A stretch of DNA of 64,000 bases, taken from the NCBI GenBank assembly GCA_903860135.1, contig CAIOPG010000007.1, positions 66,100 to 130,099 of the forward strand, read 5' to 3'. Each line of letters begins with the position of its first letter. Position 1 is the stretch's first letter. The position numbers and the translations under genes were made by a program. A model generated the notes under the pieces. It was given only the letters and a program-made list of their open reading frames with translations, was not told the DNA's origin and ran no database searches. This DNA comes from Candidatus Omnitrophota bacterium (GTDB lineage: Bacteria > Omnitrophota > Gorgyraeia > Zapsychrales > Fredricksoniimonadaceae). Positions 49,597 through 59,142 of this stretch are shown here, in pieces.

Positions 49597-49989
49597 ATGC
49601 TCATGAAAATTATCATTGTGGATGATTCCCAGCTTGACCGCAAACTTCTCTCGCGGTCGCTGGTGAACTGCGGTGTCAAGAACGAGATCCTCCAAGCGGA
49701 GAATGCTGAGGCGGCGATGCCTCTTATTATCGCCAATCGGGGTTATATTGCGCTCATGTTCCTCGATTATCAGATGCCGCAGATGACCGGGGTGGAATTG
49801 ATGGAGGGTCTTGTCAAGGTGCCTTCGACAGCAGATATACCGATCATCATGGTGACAGCCTCTGCTTCCGAGGATAGCCGGACTGCGGCCTATAAAGTGA
49901 ATCCGAATCTTGTCGGGTATTTGATAAAGCCGTTTAAGCCTGATCAGCTCCTATCGCTGATTCGTCCATACGTGAAGATCAATGACTGA
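49597..49989 (+). CDS. single-domain response regulator (REC)
   Basis: IIIVDDS, the phospho-acceptor context MFLDYQMPQMTG, the conserved T of VTAS, and the K of IKP. Confidence 0.85.
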   Translation: MLMKIIIVDDSQLDRKLLSRSLVNCGVKNEILQAENAEAAMPLIIANRGYIALMFLDYQMPQMTGVELMEGLVKVPSTADIPIIMVTASASEDSRTAAYKVNPNLVGYLIKPFKPDQLLSLIRPYVKIND

Positions 49990-50566
49990 ATCAAGGATAG
50001 ATCCTGTCGGTTTTTATGATCAGGCGCGGCTGCTGTGCACCGCTGTTCAAAAAATGATCCACCTTAAGGGCGGGTATGGGTTTGCCGCTGAGCCTGACAT
50101 CCTCGAGAAGAGGATCGTGCAGTTCAATCAGCGGATGCGTGTGGACGGACTTTCGAAGTTTGGTTCCCGCACGGTCTTTTCCGCTGTGAAGTTCTATGCG
50201 GGGGTCGATGAACTTGACCGTGATGCGCCGCTGGGTGTTATGATCATTTTTATTGAAATAGACCAGCTGTCGCGACTTTTCTGGAGTTTTGATTATCCGC
50301 GCCTTGATGAGGAGGATGACGCAGCGATCCTTGACGGCTGTGGTACGCTTGCCAACTTGATTGCGGGGTGTTTTGTTAAGGAAATTCGTGATGCGGGGTA
50401 TGTGCATTTGCAAATGTCTCATTTTGAAAATCATATCAATACGGCCATTAACGGGATCAACTTTATGCCAAACCAAGAAACAAAATACGAGATCCGTTTC
50501 AAGTTTCAGGGCAACCGCCGTATTACGGCAGAATTGAGCATGGGGCATATACCCAGGGCTGTTTGA
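49982..50566 (+). CDS. CheX-like domain protein (divergent; predicted catalytic Glu absent)
   Basis: DGCGTLANLIAGCF aligns to the CheC/CheX motif D..GEL.N.I.G, with Thr in the Glu position. Flanked by two REC genes. Confidence 0.45.
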   Translation: MTESRIDPVGFYDQARLLCTAVQKMIHLKGGYGFAAEPDILEKRIVQFNQRMRVDGLSKFGSRTVFSAVKFYAGVDELDRDAPLGVMIIFIEIDQLSRLFWSFDYPRLDEEDDAAILDGCGTLANLIAGCFVKEIRDAGYVHLQMSHFENHINTAINGINFMPNQETKYEIRFKFQGNRRITAELSMGHIPRAV

Positions 50567-50576
50567 GAAAAATACT

Positions 50577-50933
50577 ATGCCTAAAACTATCCTGATCGTT
50601 GATGATGACCGCACCCTTGTTCATGTTTTGGAGAAATTCCTGAGGGAAGCGGGTTATAGCACGCTAACGGCCCATGACGGCGGGGAGGCTCTTGAGAAAG
50701 TTTCCACCGCCCACCCGGATCTTATTCTGCTGGACATCCAGATACCCAAGCTCCACGGTTATTCCTTCTTGTTTGAGATGCGCAAGATCGAGGGGGCTGG
50801 AGCCATCCCGGTCATTATTCTTACAGCATCAACGACGATGGCAGATATGTTCATGGCCGAAGGGGTTAAGGAATACCTTATCAAGCCCTGTTCTTCCCGG
50901 GATGTCTTGGGAAAGATCAGTAAATACATTTAA
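50577..50933 (+). CDS. single-domain response regulator (REC)
   Basis: ILIVDDD, LILLDIQIPKLHG, ILTAS, IKP. Confidence 0.88.
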   Translation: MPKTILIVDDDRTLVHVLEKFLREAGYSTLTAHDGGEALEKVSTAHPDLILLDIQIPKLHGYSFLFEMRKIEGAGAIPVIILTASTTMADMFMAEGVKEYLIKPCSSRDVLGKISKYI

Positions 50934-50963
50934 CCCGCATTTTAATAAAGAGAAAGTGTCCTC

Positions 50964-52586
50964 ATGCGCAAACTAGATCTGGAACAGCTCGGGATAACAG
51001 ATGTCCGGGAAGTTTATTATAATCTTTCTTATGACGAACTTTTTAATCGGGAAACAGACCCGTCGTTGACGGGCTGGGATCGCGGTGTTGTTACAGAGCT
51101 GGGTGCTGTCAATGTGGACACTGGCAAATTCACGGGGCGTTCTCCTAAGGATAAATATTTTGCCGATGAGCCTTCGTCGAGTGCCAATATCTGGTGGTCT
51201 GCTCCTGGCAACGGGTCGGATAACCGTAGGTTGTCACCCGAAGGCTGGGCTAGGCTCAAAGGGCTTTCCCTGCAACAGTTGTCTGGCAAAAAACTTTATG
51301 TGATGGATGGTTACTGCGGGGCCAACAAAGACACGCGCCTGTGCGTCCGACTGGTCACCGAGGTCGCTTGGATGGCGCATTTCTTCAAGAATATGTTCCT
51401 TCGCCCGACAGCTGAAGAATTGGTAGATTTTTGTCCCGACTGGACCATCCTTAATGCCTGCAAGACGTCGTGTCCGGATTATAAAACTTACGCGATGAAT
51501 TCGGAGGTCTTTGGTGCGTTCCATGTCGGTGAGCGCATGACCTGCATCGGCGGGACGTGGTACGGTGGCGAGATTAAAAAGGGTATTTTTACGGTCATGA
51601 ATTATTTTCTGCCGTTGAAAGGGGTGGGGGCGTTCCATTGTTCGGCCAATATGGGTGAACAAGGAGATACCGCTCTTTTCTTCGGCCTTTCAGGGACCGG
51701 TAAAACCACTTTATCGGCAGATCCCAAGCGCCGGCTTATTGGTGATGACGAACATGGCTGGGATGACGCGGGAGTGTTTAACTTTGAAGGCGGCTGTTAC
51801 GCCAAATGCATCAACCTTTCCAAAGAAAAAGAGCCGGATATTTATCATGCGATCAAGCGCGACGCCATCCTGGAGAATCTTGTCCTTGATGCTGCCGGGG
51901 GCATTGATTTTAAGTCCGAGGCCAAGACTGAAAACACCCGCGCATCGTATCCGATCCATCATATTCATAATATTGTCAAGCCTGTTTCCAAGGGGGGGCA
52001 TCCCCGGAAGATCATTTTTCTTTCGTGTGATGCGTATGGGGTATTGCCGCCTGTGGCACGCCTGACCAAAGAGCAGGCGATGTATCATTTTTTAAGCGGT
52101 TATACAGCCAAGCTGGCCGGCACGGAACTGGGCGTGACCGAGCCGCAAGCGACATTCTCGTCGTGTTTTGGACAGGCCTTCCTGCCCCTTCACCCGATCC
52201 GCTATGCCAGGATCTTGGCTGAAAAGATGGCGTTGCACGGGGCTGTGGCGTATGCGGTCAATACCGGCTGGGTTGCGGGGAAATACGGGGTTGGGTACCG
52301 CATGGATATTGTGCAGACGCGCGCGATCATCGATGCGATCCTTGACGGTGCTATTGATCACGGTACATTTGAGGTCATGCCTGTGTTCGGTGTCGAGATC
52401 CCGTGCGCGGTGAAGGGAGTTTCTCAGCCGCTGCTCAATCCGCGCAACGCCTGGACGGACAAGGCCGAATATGATATGGCTTGCCGTAAGCTCGCGGCAA
52501 TGTTTATAAAGAATTTCAAAAAGTTTGAGGATGATCCGGCTGCCAAGGCTTTGGTAGCGGTCGGCCCGCAACTTCTTCAGGAGTGA
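50964..52586 (+). CDS. pckA: phosphoenolpyruvate carboxykinase (ATP)
   Basis: Kinase-1a [13 protein letters not shown], the PEPCK-specific domain, 540 aa. Confidence 0.95.
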   Translation: MRKLDLEQLGITDVREVYYNLSYDELFNRETDPSLTGWDRGVVTELGAVNVDTGKFTGRSPKDKYFADEPSSSANIWWSAPGNGSDNRRLSPEGWARLKGLSLQQLSGKKLYVMDGYCGANKDTRLCVRLVTEVAWMAHFFKNMFLRPTAEELVDFCPDWTILNACKTSCPDYKTYAMNSEVFGAFHVGERMTCIGGTWYGGEIKKGIFTVMNYFLPLKGVGAFHCSANMGEQGDTALFFGLSGTGKTTLSADPKRRLIGDDEHGWDDAGVFNFEGGCYAKCINLSKEKEPDIYHAIKRDAILENLVLDAAGGIDFKSEAKTENTRASYPIHHIHNIVKPVSKGGHPRKIIFLSCDAYGVLPPVARLTKEQAMYHFLSGYTAKLAGTELGVTEPQATFSSCFGQAFLPLHPIRYARILAEKMALHGAVAYAVNTGWVAGKYGVGYRMDIVQTRAIIDAILDGAIDHGTFEVMPVFGVEIPCAVKGVSQPLLNPRNAWTDKAEYDMACRKLAAMFIKNFKKFEDDPAAKALVAVGPQLLQE

Positions 52587-53203
52587 CCTTTGTGAATATC
52601 AAAAAATTATTGTGGGCAGTTCTGGCAGGTTTCGTCACCGTGACCGCTGTTTTGGCGGGACGTGTTTTTATGTCTGCGGGGGCAGTGGTGTCGCAGATCG
52701 TTCCCGTAGGACGTTCTGTCGGCAATCCTGGTGCTTCTATCAAGGTTGTGGAGTACACGGATTTTCAGTGTCCGGCCTGTGCCAAGGCCTCTGGTGTTAT
52801 GCACGAGGAAGTTGTCCGTAATGCGGGAAAGATCCTTCTGGAGTTGAAATATTTTCCGCTGCCCATGCATAAAAATGCGCGGCGTGCGGCGGTGGCGGCT
52901 GAATGCGCCCTGGCGCAGGGGAAATTCTGGCTTATGGAAAAAGTTCTTTTTTCAAGCCAGAAAAGCTGGGCGGATTTAGCTAATCCTGATGATTATTTCC
53001 TGAGCTTGTCCCGAGGGATCGGCTGTGATGATCTTAAAATGATGCGTTGCATGTCGGATCACACGGTCGTTGAGCGTATCGATAAAGATGTCGTGGAGGG
53101 GAAAAGCCGGGGCGTAGCGGCCACACCAACGTTTTTCATTAATGGCACGATGGTGGTTGGGGCGCAGGCTCTCCAGAAGGCCATTGCCGAGGGGGTAAAG
53201 TGA
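52583..53203 (+). CDS. DsbA-family thioredoxin-fold protein (thiol:disulfide oxidoreductase)
   Basis: TM anchor plus CPACAKA active site. Probable GTG start. Confidence 0.8.
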   Translation: MTFVNIKKLLWAVLAGFVTVTAVLAGRVFMSAGAVVSQIVPVGRSVGNPGASIKVVEYTDFQCPACAKASGVMHEEVVRNAGKILLELKYFPLPMHKNARRAAVAAECALAQGKFWLMEKVLFSSQKSWADLANPDDYFLSLSRGIGCDDLKMMRCMSDHTVVERIDKDVVEGKSRGVAATPTFFINGTMVVGAQALQKAIAEGVK

Positions 53204-53204
53204 T

Positions 53205-53657
53205 ATGGGAAAATATCTGTTCCTAGCACTAAGGTTGCTGATTGCCGCAGTATTCCTTGTTTCCGGGTGGGAAAAGGCTGTCAATCCGCCGGCGAACTTT
53301 CTTTATATCCTGCAGGCGTATGATATTCTTCCGGCGGTATTGGAGCGGTTGGTGTCTGTTGTTTTCCCTTGGATTGAACTTGCCACGGGTGTGTTGCTGG
53401 CGCTGGGGTTATGGCTGCGCGTGGGACTTCTTGTATCTGCCTGTGTGTCCGGGTCGTTCATTCTGATCGTCAGTCAGGCGATCGTGCGTCATTTGCCGAT
53501 CGATAATTGCGGTTGTTTCGGTAATCTGGTGCATCTGCCTTTGCGCGGGGTCATTATTCTGGATCTGGCCATTTTTACAACAACCCTGCTCCTTTCATGG
53601 AATCTGATCGCGGCCCGTCGTTTCAGCCTGGATAATGCTTGCGAACCGCGTGCATGA
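53205..53657 (+). CDS. DoxX/MauE-family membrane protein
   Basis: Four TM helices with LIAAVFLVSGWEKAVNP. Often paired with DsbA-like proteins. Confidence 0.65.
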   Translation: MGKYLFLALRLLIAAVFLVSGWEKAVNPPANFLYILQAYDILPAVLERLVSVVFPWIELATGVLLALGLWLRVGLLVSACVSGSFILIVSQAIVRHLPIDNCGCFGNLVHLPLRGVIILDLAIFTTTLLLSWNLIAARRFSLDNACEPRA

Positions 53658-55156
53658 GAATGTTTTTGTTTGTGGCCGCAACTTTTCTGGGTTTTATGAT
53701 GAATCAGCCATTCTTATTCTCTGATGATAATGTTATGCCTGCCGCGCTGGCCGGGACCTGGTATCCGGGCACACCACAGGAATTAAGCACCCTGCTCGAT
53801 GGTTTTTCATCATCCGTCAGCTTTCCGGCAGAGACGCCTTCGGGGGGTGACATCGCCGTTATTGTAGCGCCGCACGCGGGGTATCCTTTTTCGGGTGGTG
53901 TGGCGGCGTACGGGTTTAAGGCGGTCAAGGCCAGAAAGATAGCAACGGTCGTTATTCTCGCGCCGACACATCATTTTTCTTTCAAGGGAGCTTCGGTGTG
54001 GGCGAAGGGGGCTTTCACCACGCCACTGGGGTCGGTGGCTGTGGATGAGGTCTTTGCGGCGCAGCTTCTTACGGCCGATAAGGTATTCATCACCCGTAAA
54101 GATATCTTCAAAGGTGTCCCGGGTCGTCCGGAAAACTCGGTCGAGACGCAGATCCCTTTTGTTCAGCAGACATTCCCCGGGGCGAAGATCGTGCCTGTGA
54201 TCCTCGGGTATCCGCCGGATGCGCGCACTGCGGCGGCCGTGGCGCAGGCGTTGGCGCAGGTCGTGGGCGGGCGTGATGATGTGCTGGTTGTCGTGAGCGT
54301 GGATCAGTCGCATTTTCATCCTTTAGACCAGGCCCGTGTGATTGACCGTGCAGGCTTGGCGGCGATAGAGAAGTTTGATATGGAGGCATTATGGGCAGGC
54401 CATGCTGCCGGGCGGATGGAAGTGGACGGTTTTCATGTGGTGGGGACTGCGATGGCTTATGCTCGGGCGCTCGGATATGGCCGTGCCAAGGTCCTCAGGT
54501 ATGCGACTTCCGCTGACGCGACAGGTGACACTAAAAGCGTCGTGGGGTATGCGTCGGTGATTTTTTATAGGGATGCGGCATCTGCTGTGAAGGCAGTGGT
54601 TGCGCCTTTGTCGGCTTCGCAGAAAGACCGGCTCGTGCGCATGGCACGCCGTACCCTCGACATGTTTGTGCGGACAAGGAAGCGCCGCGCGGTCGATGAC
54701 AAAGACCCGCGAATGGCTGTGCCCGAAGGCGCGTTTGTGACCTTGAAGAAAGCCGGTGTTTTACGCGGATGCATCGGACATATTATTGGCGAGGGACCTT
54801 TAGCCCTCACGGTGCGCGACATGGCCATTGCGGCGGCCAGCGAGGATCCACGCTTCGCGCCGGTGTCGGTCAGCGAGCTTGCGGATATCAGCCTTGAGAT
54901 ATCTGTTTTATCAACCCCGCGAGAGATAAAAAGTGCGCAGGAGGTGGTGTTGGGCCGGCATGGCGTGATCGTCAGACGTGGTGCGCGGGGAGGTGTGTTT
55001 TTACCTCAGGTCGCCGATGAAACCGGTTGGAGCCGGGAGCGGTTCTTGTCTGAACTTTGCGCACAGAAGGCGGGGCTTTCGCCGGATTGCTGGAAAGATC
55101 CAGCAACCAAAATAGAAGTTTTCACCGCCGATGTTTTTGGCGAAACAAAGGAGTGA
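53639..55156 (+). CDS. fusion of Memo1-like (AmmeMemoRadiSam system protein B) and AMMECR1 (protein A) domains
   Basis: N-terminal half: VIVAPHAGYPFSGGVAAYGF...VVILAPTHH...SVDQSHF is MEMO1-family. C-terminal half: GAFVTLKKAGVLRGCIGHI...EDPRFAPVS is the AMMECR1 motif. Confidence 0.8.
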   Translation: MRTACMRMFLFVAATFLGFMMNQPFLFSDDNVMPAALAGTWYPGTPQELSTLLDGFSSSVSFPAETPSGGDIAVIVAPHAGYPFSGGVAAYGFKAVKARKIATVVILAPTHHFSFKGASVWAKGAFTTPLGSVAVDEVFAAQLLTADKVFITRKDIFKGVPGRPENSVETQIPFVQQTFPGAKIVPVILGYPPDARTAAAVAQALAQVVGGRDDVLVVVSVDQSHFHPLDQARVIDRAGLAAIEKFDMEALWAGHAAGRMEVDGFHVVGTAMAYARALGYGRAKVLRYATSADATGDTKSVVGYASVIFYRDAASAVKAVVAPLSASQKDRLVRMARRTLDMFVRTRKRRAVDDKDPRMAVPEGAFVTLKKAGVLRGCIGHIIGEGPLALTVRDMAIAAASEDPRFAPVSVSELADISLEISVLSTPREIKSAQEVVLGRHGVIVRRGARGGVFLPQVADETGWSRERFLSELCAQKAGLSPDCWKDPATKIEVFTADVFGETKE

Positions 55157-55157
55157 T

Positions 55158-55409
55158 ATGGGCAGTCTCCCGTTAAAGAGCAGGAAAGAAAGACAAAAAG
55201 AACGTCGGGAAGAGAAGGCACCGCGCAAGCCGCTGCTGTCCGACCGCCAGAGAAAGGTCGTCCTGGCCGTCCTTGTTATTGCTGTTTGTGCGGTGCCTGT
55301 CATTGACATCTTGCGTTGCAAGGCGGCTTGTATGAAACGCGTCAAAACGCCTTATCCCGAGATCGCTTGCCGTTATGAATGCCCCTGGCCCTGGCAGAAG
55401 TCCGAATAG
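55158..55409 (+). CDS. hypothetical small basic protein with one TM segment and Cys-rich tail
   Basis: MGSLPLKSRKERQKERREEK...VVLAVLVIAVCAVPVID...CKAACMK...CRYECPW. No homology recognised; may not be expressed. Confidence 0.3.
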   Translation: MGSLPLKSRKERQKERREEKAPRKPLLSDRQRKVVLAVLVIAVCAVPVIDILRCKAACMKRVKTPYPEIACRYECPWPWQKSE

Positions 55410-55423
55410 TGCCGGAGTCGTGC

Positions 55424-56536
55424 ATGAAAATGTCAGCCGAGGCGCGTATTATCTGGATCAGCACCCTGATCATCATGTCGGTTGGATTGGTGACGCTTTA
55501 TAGTGCTTCTTTTGATAATGTCCGTGTTTCCCGCCAGGTTTTTTTCGATCAGCTGGTTTGTGGGGCTTTGGCTCTGACGGTGATGTTTGTTTTGAGCCGC
55601 ATTCATTACAGGATGTTCTTTGATGCCGCCTATCCTTTGTATGTCATCAATGTCCTTTTGCTGATCTTTGTGCTGGTTGCCGGTCGTTCTGCGCTTGGAG
55701 CCACGCGCTGGTTTAGTTTTGCGGGCATCAGTTTTCAGCCGTCGGAGCTGTCCAAGGTTGCGGTTATCCTGATGCTGGGGCGGTATTTCAGTAAACGGAA
55801 TTTAAAACTTTCTTTTGATCTGCGCAGTTCATTTTATGCGTTCGGTCGCGATCTGTGCTATCCGCTCTTTCTTATGTTGCTCAGTTTTGTATTTATTTTC
55901 AAACAGCCTGATCTGGGGACGGCGATCCTGGTATTTGGAATATTTGTGATCATGCTTTTTGCCAGCGGGATCGACTGGCGGCCGCTGGCTGGTTTTCTGG
56001 GACTATGTGCCATTGCCGTTCCTTTTGGCTGGCATTTTCTCAAGGATTATCAGCGGGATCGCCTTTTGGTATTTCTTAATCCGAATATAGATCCGCTGGG
56101 GGCAGGGTATACGATCATTCAGTCGCGCATTGCGATCGGTTCGGGGCAGGTCTTTGGCAAGGGCTGGCTGGCCGGAACGCAGAACCAGCTTAATTTTCTT
56201 CCCGAGCGCCATACGGATTTTATTTTTGCGGTGATCGGCGAGGAGTGGGGCTTTGCCGGGACGACCTTTCTTCTGGGGTGTTATTTCATGCTGATCTATA
56301 CAGGGATACAGATCGCGGGAAGGGTCAAGGACAAGTTCGGGCATCTTGTGGCCATAGGCATCGTTTCGATCCTGACCCTGCAGGTGGTTATTAACATGAG
56401 CATGACCATGGGCTTGAGCCCGGTGGTGGGGATCACGCTGCCTTTTGTGAGTTACGGACGGACTTCTTTTTTGGTCTTTGCCATCATGATGGGGTTCTTG
56501 CTCAACCTTTCCCAACAGCGCCGTTCAAATGCGTGA
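55424..56536 (+). CDS. SEDS family protein (RodA/FtsW/SpoVE) peptidoglycan glycosyltransferase
   Basis: Ten TM helices. ...HTDFIFAVIGEEWGFAG... and a C-terminal SxxRxxxxxL-like region. Confidence 0.88.
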   Translation: MKMSAEARIIWISTLIIMSVGLVTLYSASFDNVRVSRQVFFDQLVCGALALTVMFVLSRIHYRMFFDAAYPLYVINVLLLIFVLVAGRSALGATRWFSFAGISFQPSELSKVAVILMLGRYFSKRNLKLSFDLRSSFYAFGRDLCYPLFLMLLSFVFIFKQPDLGTAILVFGIFVIMLFASGIDWRPLAGFLGLCAIAVPFGWHFLKDYQRDRLLVFLNPNIDPLGAGYTIIQSRIAIGSGQVFGKGWLAGTQNQLNFLPERHTDFIFAVIGEEWGFAGTTFLLGCYFMLIYTGIQIAGRVKDKFGHLVAIGIVSILTLQVVINMSMTMGLSPVVGITLPFVSYGRTSFLVFAIMMGFLLNLSQQRRSNA

Positions 56537-56604
56537 TTGAAAATCTTTCAAAGAATTTCCGCTTGTGTATGGAAAAAGGGCTCTGACTGGTCTATAGTAT
56601 AATT

Positions 56605-57096
56605 ATGGCATTTGAACGCACGACGCATAAGAATCTCGGCGAACTCCTCATGGAGCGCGGTGTCATCACGCGCCCCCAGCTTGAGGCTGTGGTTGCCTAT
56701 CAGTTAAAAAATAAAGGCGTACTTTTTGGCGAAGCCCTGATCTGTCTCGGTAGTGCGACAGAGGAAGACATTGCCCAAGCGCTCACCTGCCAGTACGGAT
56801 TTCCTTATCTGCGTCTTTCCAATCACAAGATCGACCGGCAGGTTTTGACGGTCATCCCAGCGCATCTATGTGAGCAGTTTTGCCTTATTCCCGTTCACAG
56901 GCGCGGGGATGTCTTGACATTGGCCATGTCTAATCCTTTGAATAGCAGGGCTTTGCAGGACGTAGAATTACTGTCGGGATGTACGGCCCAGGCTTTTGTG
57001 AGTACGGCCAGTGATATTCGTAATGCCATAAGAAAATATTATGCCACCGTGCTTGACGCGGGGAATGGATATGGCGATGCCGACGTTCCTGCATGA
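56605..57096 (+). CDS. stand-alone T2SSE_N / MshEN domain protein (GspE N-terminal domain)
   Basis: LGELLMERGVITRPQLEAVVAYQ...ATEEDIAQALTCQYGFPYLRLSNHKIDRQVLTVIPAHLCEQFCLIPV...DVLTLAMSNP is the GspE_N/MshEN fold signature. Confidence 0.75.
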   Translation: MAFERTTHKNLGELLMERGVITRPQLEAVVAYQLKNKGVLFGEALICLGSATEEDIAQALTCQYGFPYLRLSNHKIDRQVLTVIPAHLCEQFCLIPVHRRGDVLTLAMSNPLNSRALQDVELLSGCTAQAFVSTASDIRNAIRKYYATVLDAGNGYGDADVPA

Positions 57097-57544
57097 CCGT
57101 CATTTGATAGGAGATGTCCTGGTTTTCCGGAAGCTGATCACGGTTACTCAGCTGGCACATGCGTTGTTGGTTCAGCGGTCTGAAAAAGGCGTTTTTATTG
57201 GAGAGATCCTGATGCGCCTTGGGTATGCCGGCGAGATGGATGTCGTGACGGCGCTGGTGGTGCAGTATAATCTTCCGTATATTGCGGTGATGCGTTACCA
57301 TGTTGAGCCTTGTATCCTTGGGCTTATACCTTCGGATCTGGCTCGGCGTAAACGTCTCGTGCCGCTCGACAGGATCGGTAATGTTTTGAGTGTTGTGGTG
57401 CCGCACCCTCCCGATGCGGCCCTGCGCCGTGAGGTTGAGGCGTTGACGCATTGCCGGATGGCAACTTTTATTTCCACCAGATCCGAGATCGATCTGGCCA
57501 TCGAACATTTTTATCCCGTACCCGATCATGGCGGCATTAAATAA
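57065..57544 (+). CDS. second stand-alone T2SSE_N / MshEN domain protein (paralog)
   Basis: IGDVLVFRKLITVTQLAHALLVQ...GEMDVVTALVVQYNLPYIAVMRYHVEPCILGLIPSDLARRKRLVPLDRIGNVLSVVVPHP has the same architecture as the upstream gene. Start ambiguous (57065 or 57071). Confidence 0.7.
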   Translation: MDMAMPTFLHDRHLIGDVLVFRKLITVTQLAHALLVQRSEKGVFIGEILMRLGYAGEMDVVTALVVQYNLPYIAVMRYHVEPCILGLIPSDLARRKRLVPLDRIGNVLSVVVPHPPDAALRREVEALTHCRMATFISTRSEIDLAIEHFYPVPDHGGIK

Positions 57545-57575
57545 GGGCGGGCGTTCATATGACACAGGAGGCATC

Positions 57576-58604
57576 ATGAAAAGAAGTTTTTTGGGGTTGA
57601 TGAGTATACTGCTTGTATTGTGCGGTAACAGTTTTGCCGAGGTCAAATCCCCGGATCCGGCGGCTTTTGATTACACGCTCCAAAGGCTTCATCAGAGCGT
57701 GGCGGAACTTTCCAAAGAAAATCAGGAACTCAAAGCGCGTAATACAGGTGTGCGCGTCAAGGTTGGGGCCCTTACGGCCAAGCTGACCGCTATGCAAGAG
57801 GATGTCTATCAGCTTAAGAAAAGGAAGGCAGTTCAAACGGTCAGTCCCAAGGGGGTGAGCGCGCTCGACTCTCTCAAGGCGCAGGTCATCCGTTTGAACC
57901 AAGAGTTAACAAGGATCGGTCAGGAATCGGTGGCTGTTGATGCCCAGATGAAACTTGTTGAAGAAGCAGAACGGGCTTATGGTCAGAAGATCAGCAAGCT
58001 TGAAGCGGATATTAAGGAGGTGCCCTCAGACGGTGCGCTTTCAGTTGAATGGCAAAAAGCTGTCACCGACCTTCAGGTCGAAAGGGATAAATTACGTCAA
58101 GAAGCGCACGAAGCGACCGTGCGTTATAACGCGGCCAAAACACAGTGGGTTAACCTTGATGCGGCCATCACCCATGAGCCTAAACAATTTCAGACGATTA
58201 GAGCAGAACAGGAATCTATCGCCCGGGAAGCGGCAGCCATAGAAGCTGAATTGCCCAAATTAAAAGCTAATATGGCTGAAGCGCAGGCGGATGTTCAGCA
58301 CCTCGATCTTGAAGATAACAGTGATCTTAAAGTGGGGCGTATGGAAAGCGAGATCAAGGCGATCACGGAGCGTAATCGTAGCCTTGAACTGGAACTGCTT
58401 ACCCTCCAGAAGGTCAAGGATGGCGAGTTCAAGCGCGTGCAAGACGAGCGTAGCGCGCTAGAAGTCAAATACAAAGGTGAAATTGATGCCTTAACGGTGC
58501 GCAATACCGCGTTGCGGCAGGAATTGGACGGGCTGCGCAAGGCGATGGTCGCCTTGGATAAGAAGAAATCCGTATTGGAGTCGGATGCGTACACGCCCCG
58601 TTGA
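57576..58604 (+). CDS. secreted long coiled-coil protein, hypothetical
   Basis: Signal peptide MKRSFLGLMSILLVLCGNSFA, then ~300 aa of heptad-like Q/E/K/L-rich sequence. Confidence 0.6.
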   Translation: MKRSFLGLMSILLVLCGNSFAEVKSPDPAAFDYTLQRLHQSVAELSKENQELKARNTGVRVKVGALTAKLTAMQEDVYQLKKRKAVQTVSPKGVSALDSLKAQVIRLNQELTRIGQESVAVDAQMKLVEEAERAYGQKISKLEADIKEVPSDGALSVEWQKAVTDLQVERDKLRQEAHEATVRYNAAKTQWVNLDAAITHEPKQFQTIRAEQESIAREAAAIEAELPKLKANMAEAQADVQHLDLEDNSDLKVGRMESEIKAITERNRSLELELLTLQKVKDGEFKRVQDERSALEVKYKGEIDALTVRNTALRQELDGLRKAMVALDKKKSVLESDAYTPR

Positions 58605-58675
58605 TCTTTACGGATTTTAGTCGTTTAAAATTTCCGGATGATATGTTAGAATGAGCAAACTGTTAAGGAGTGTTT

Positions 58676-59059
58676 ATGGGGAAGAAAGCTTTCCATTTCG
58701 TTGAGATCATGATTGTTGCTGTGATCATTGTTCTTTTTGTCGCGATCATTATCCCGAGTGCCTTGAAGTCCGGTATCGAGACCAATGATACGCTGGCCAA
58801 GGGGAAGTTGCGGCAGCTCTCTGCGGTGGCAGAAGCTTATGCCACTACGCATACGGGCAATTATCCTTTGGAGATGACTGCGCTGAGCGGGACCACGCCA
58901 CCGTTGATCAGAGAAAATCCGTGCGGGTTGGCGTTCTCAGGCTTCAGATATGCTTGTGAGTTTACGGCAATTTCCTATGTGTTTACCGCGACGCCGGTTA
59001 CAGCGGGCAAATCAGGGACAGCAATTTATACGATAACGACCGGCGGTGTTTTGCAATAA
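58676..59059 (+). CDS. prepilin-type (type IV pilin / pseudopilin-like) protein with non-canonical leader
   Basis: MGKKA|FHFVEIMIVAVIIVLFVAIIIPS: a Glu at +5 and a hydrophobic helix as in class III signal peptides, but Ala (not Gly) at -1. Confidence 0.6.
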   Translation: MGKKAFHFVEIMIVAVIIVLFVAIIIPSALKSGIETNDTLAKGKLRQLSAVAEAYATTHTGNYPLEMTALSGTTPPLIRENPCGLAFSGFRYACEFTAISYVFTATPVTAGKSGTAIYTITTGGVLQ

Positions 59060-59142
59060 GGTCATAGACGGACATCTGTGCGAAGGGTGCCGTTGGCGCC
59101 TTCCGGTCGAAATAATAATTTCATCATATTTAAGGAGTAAGC

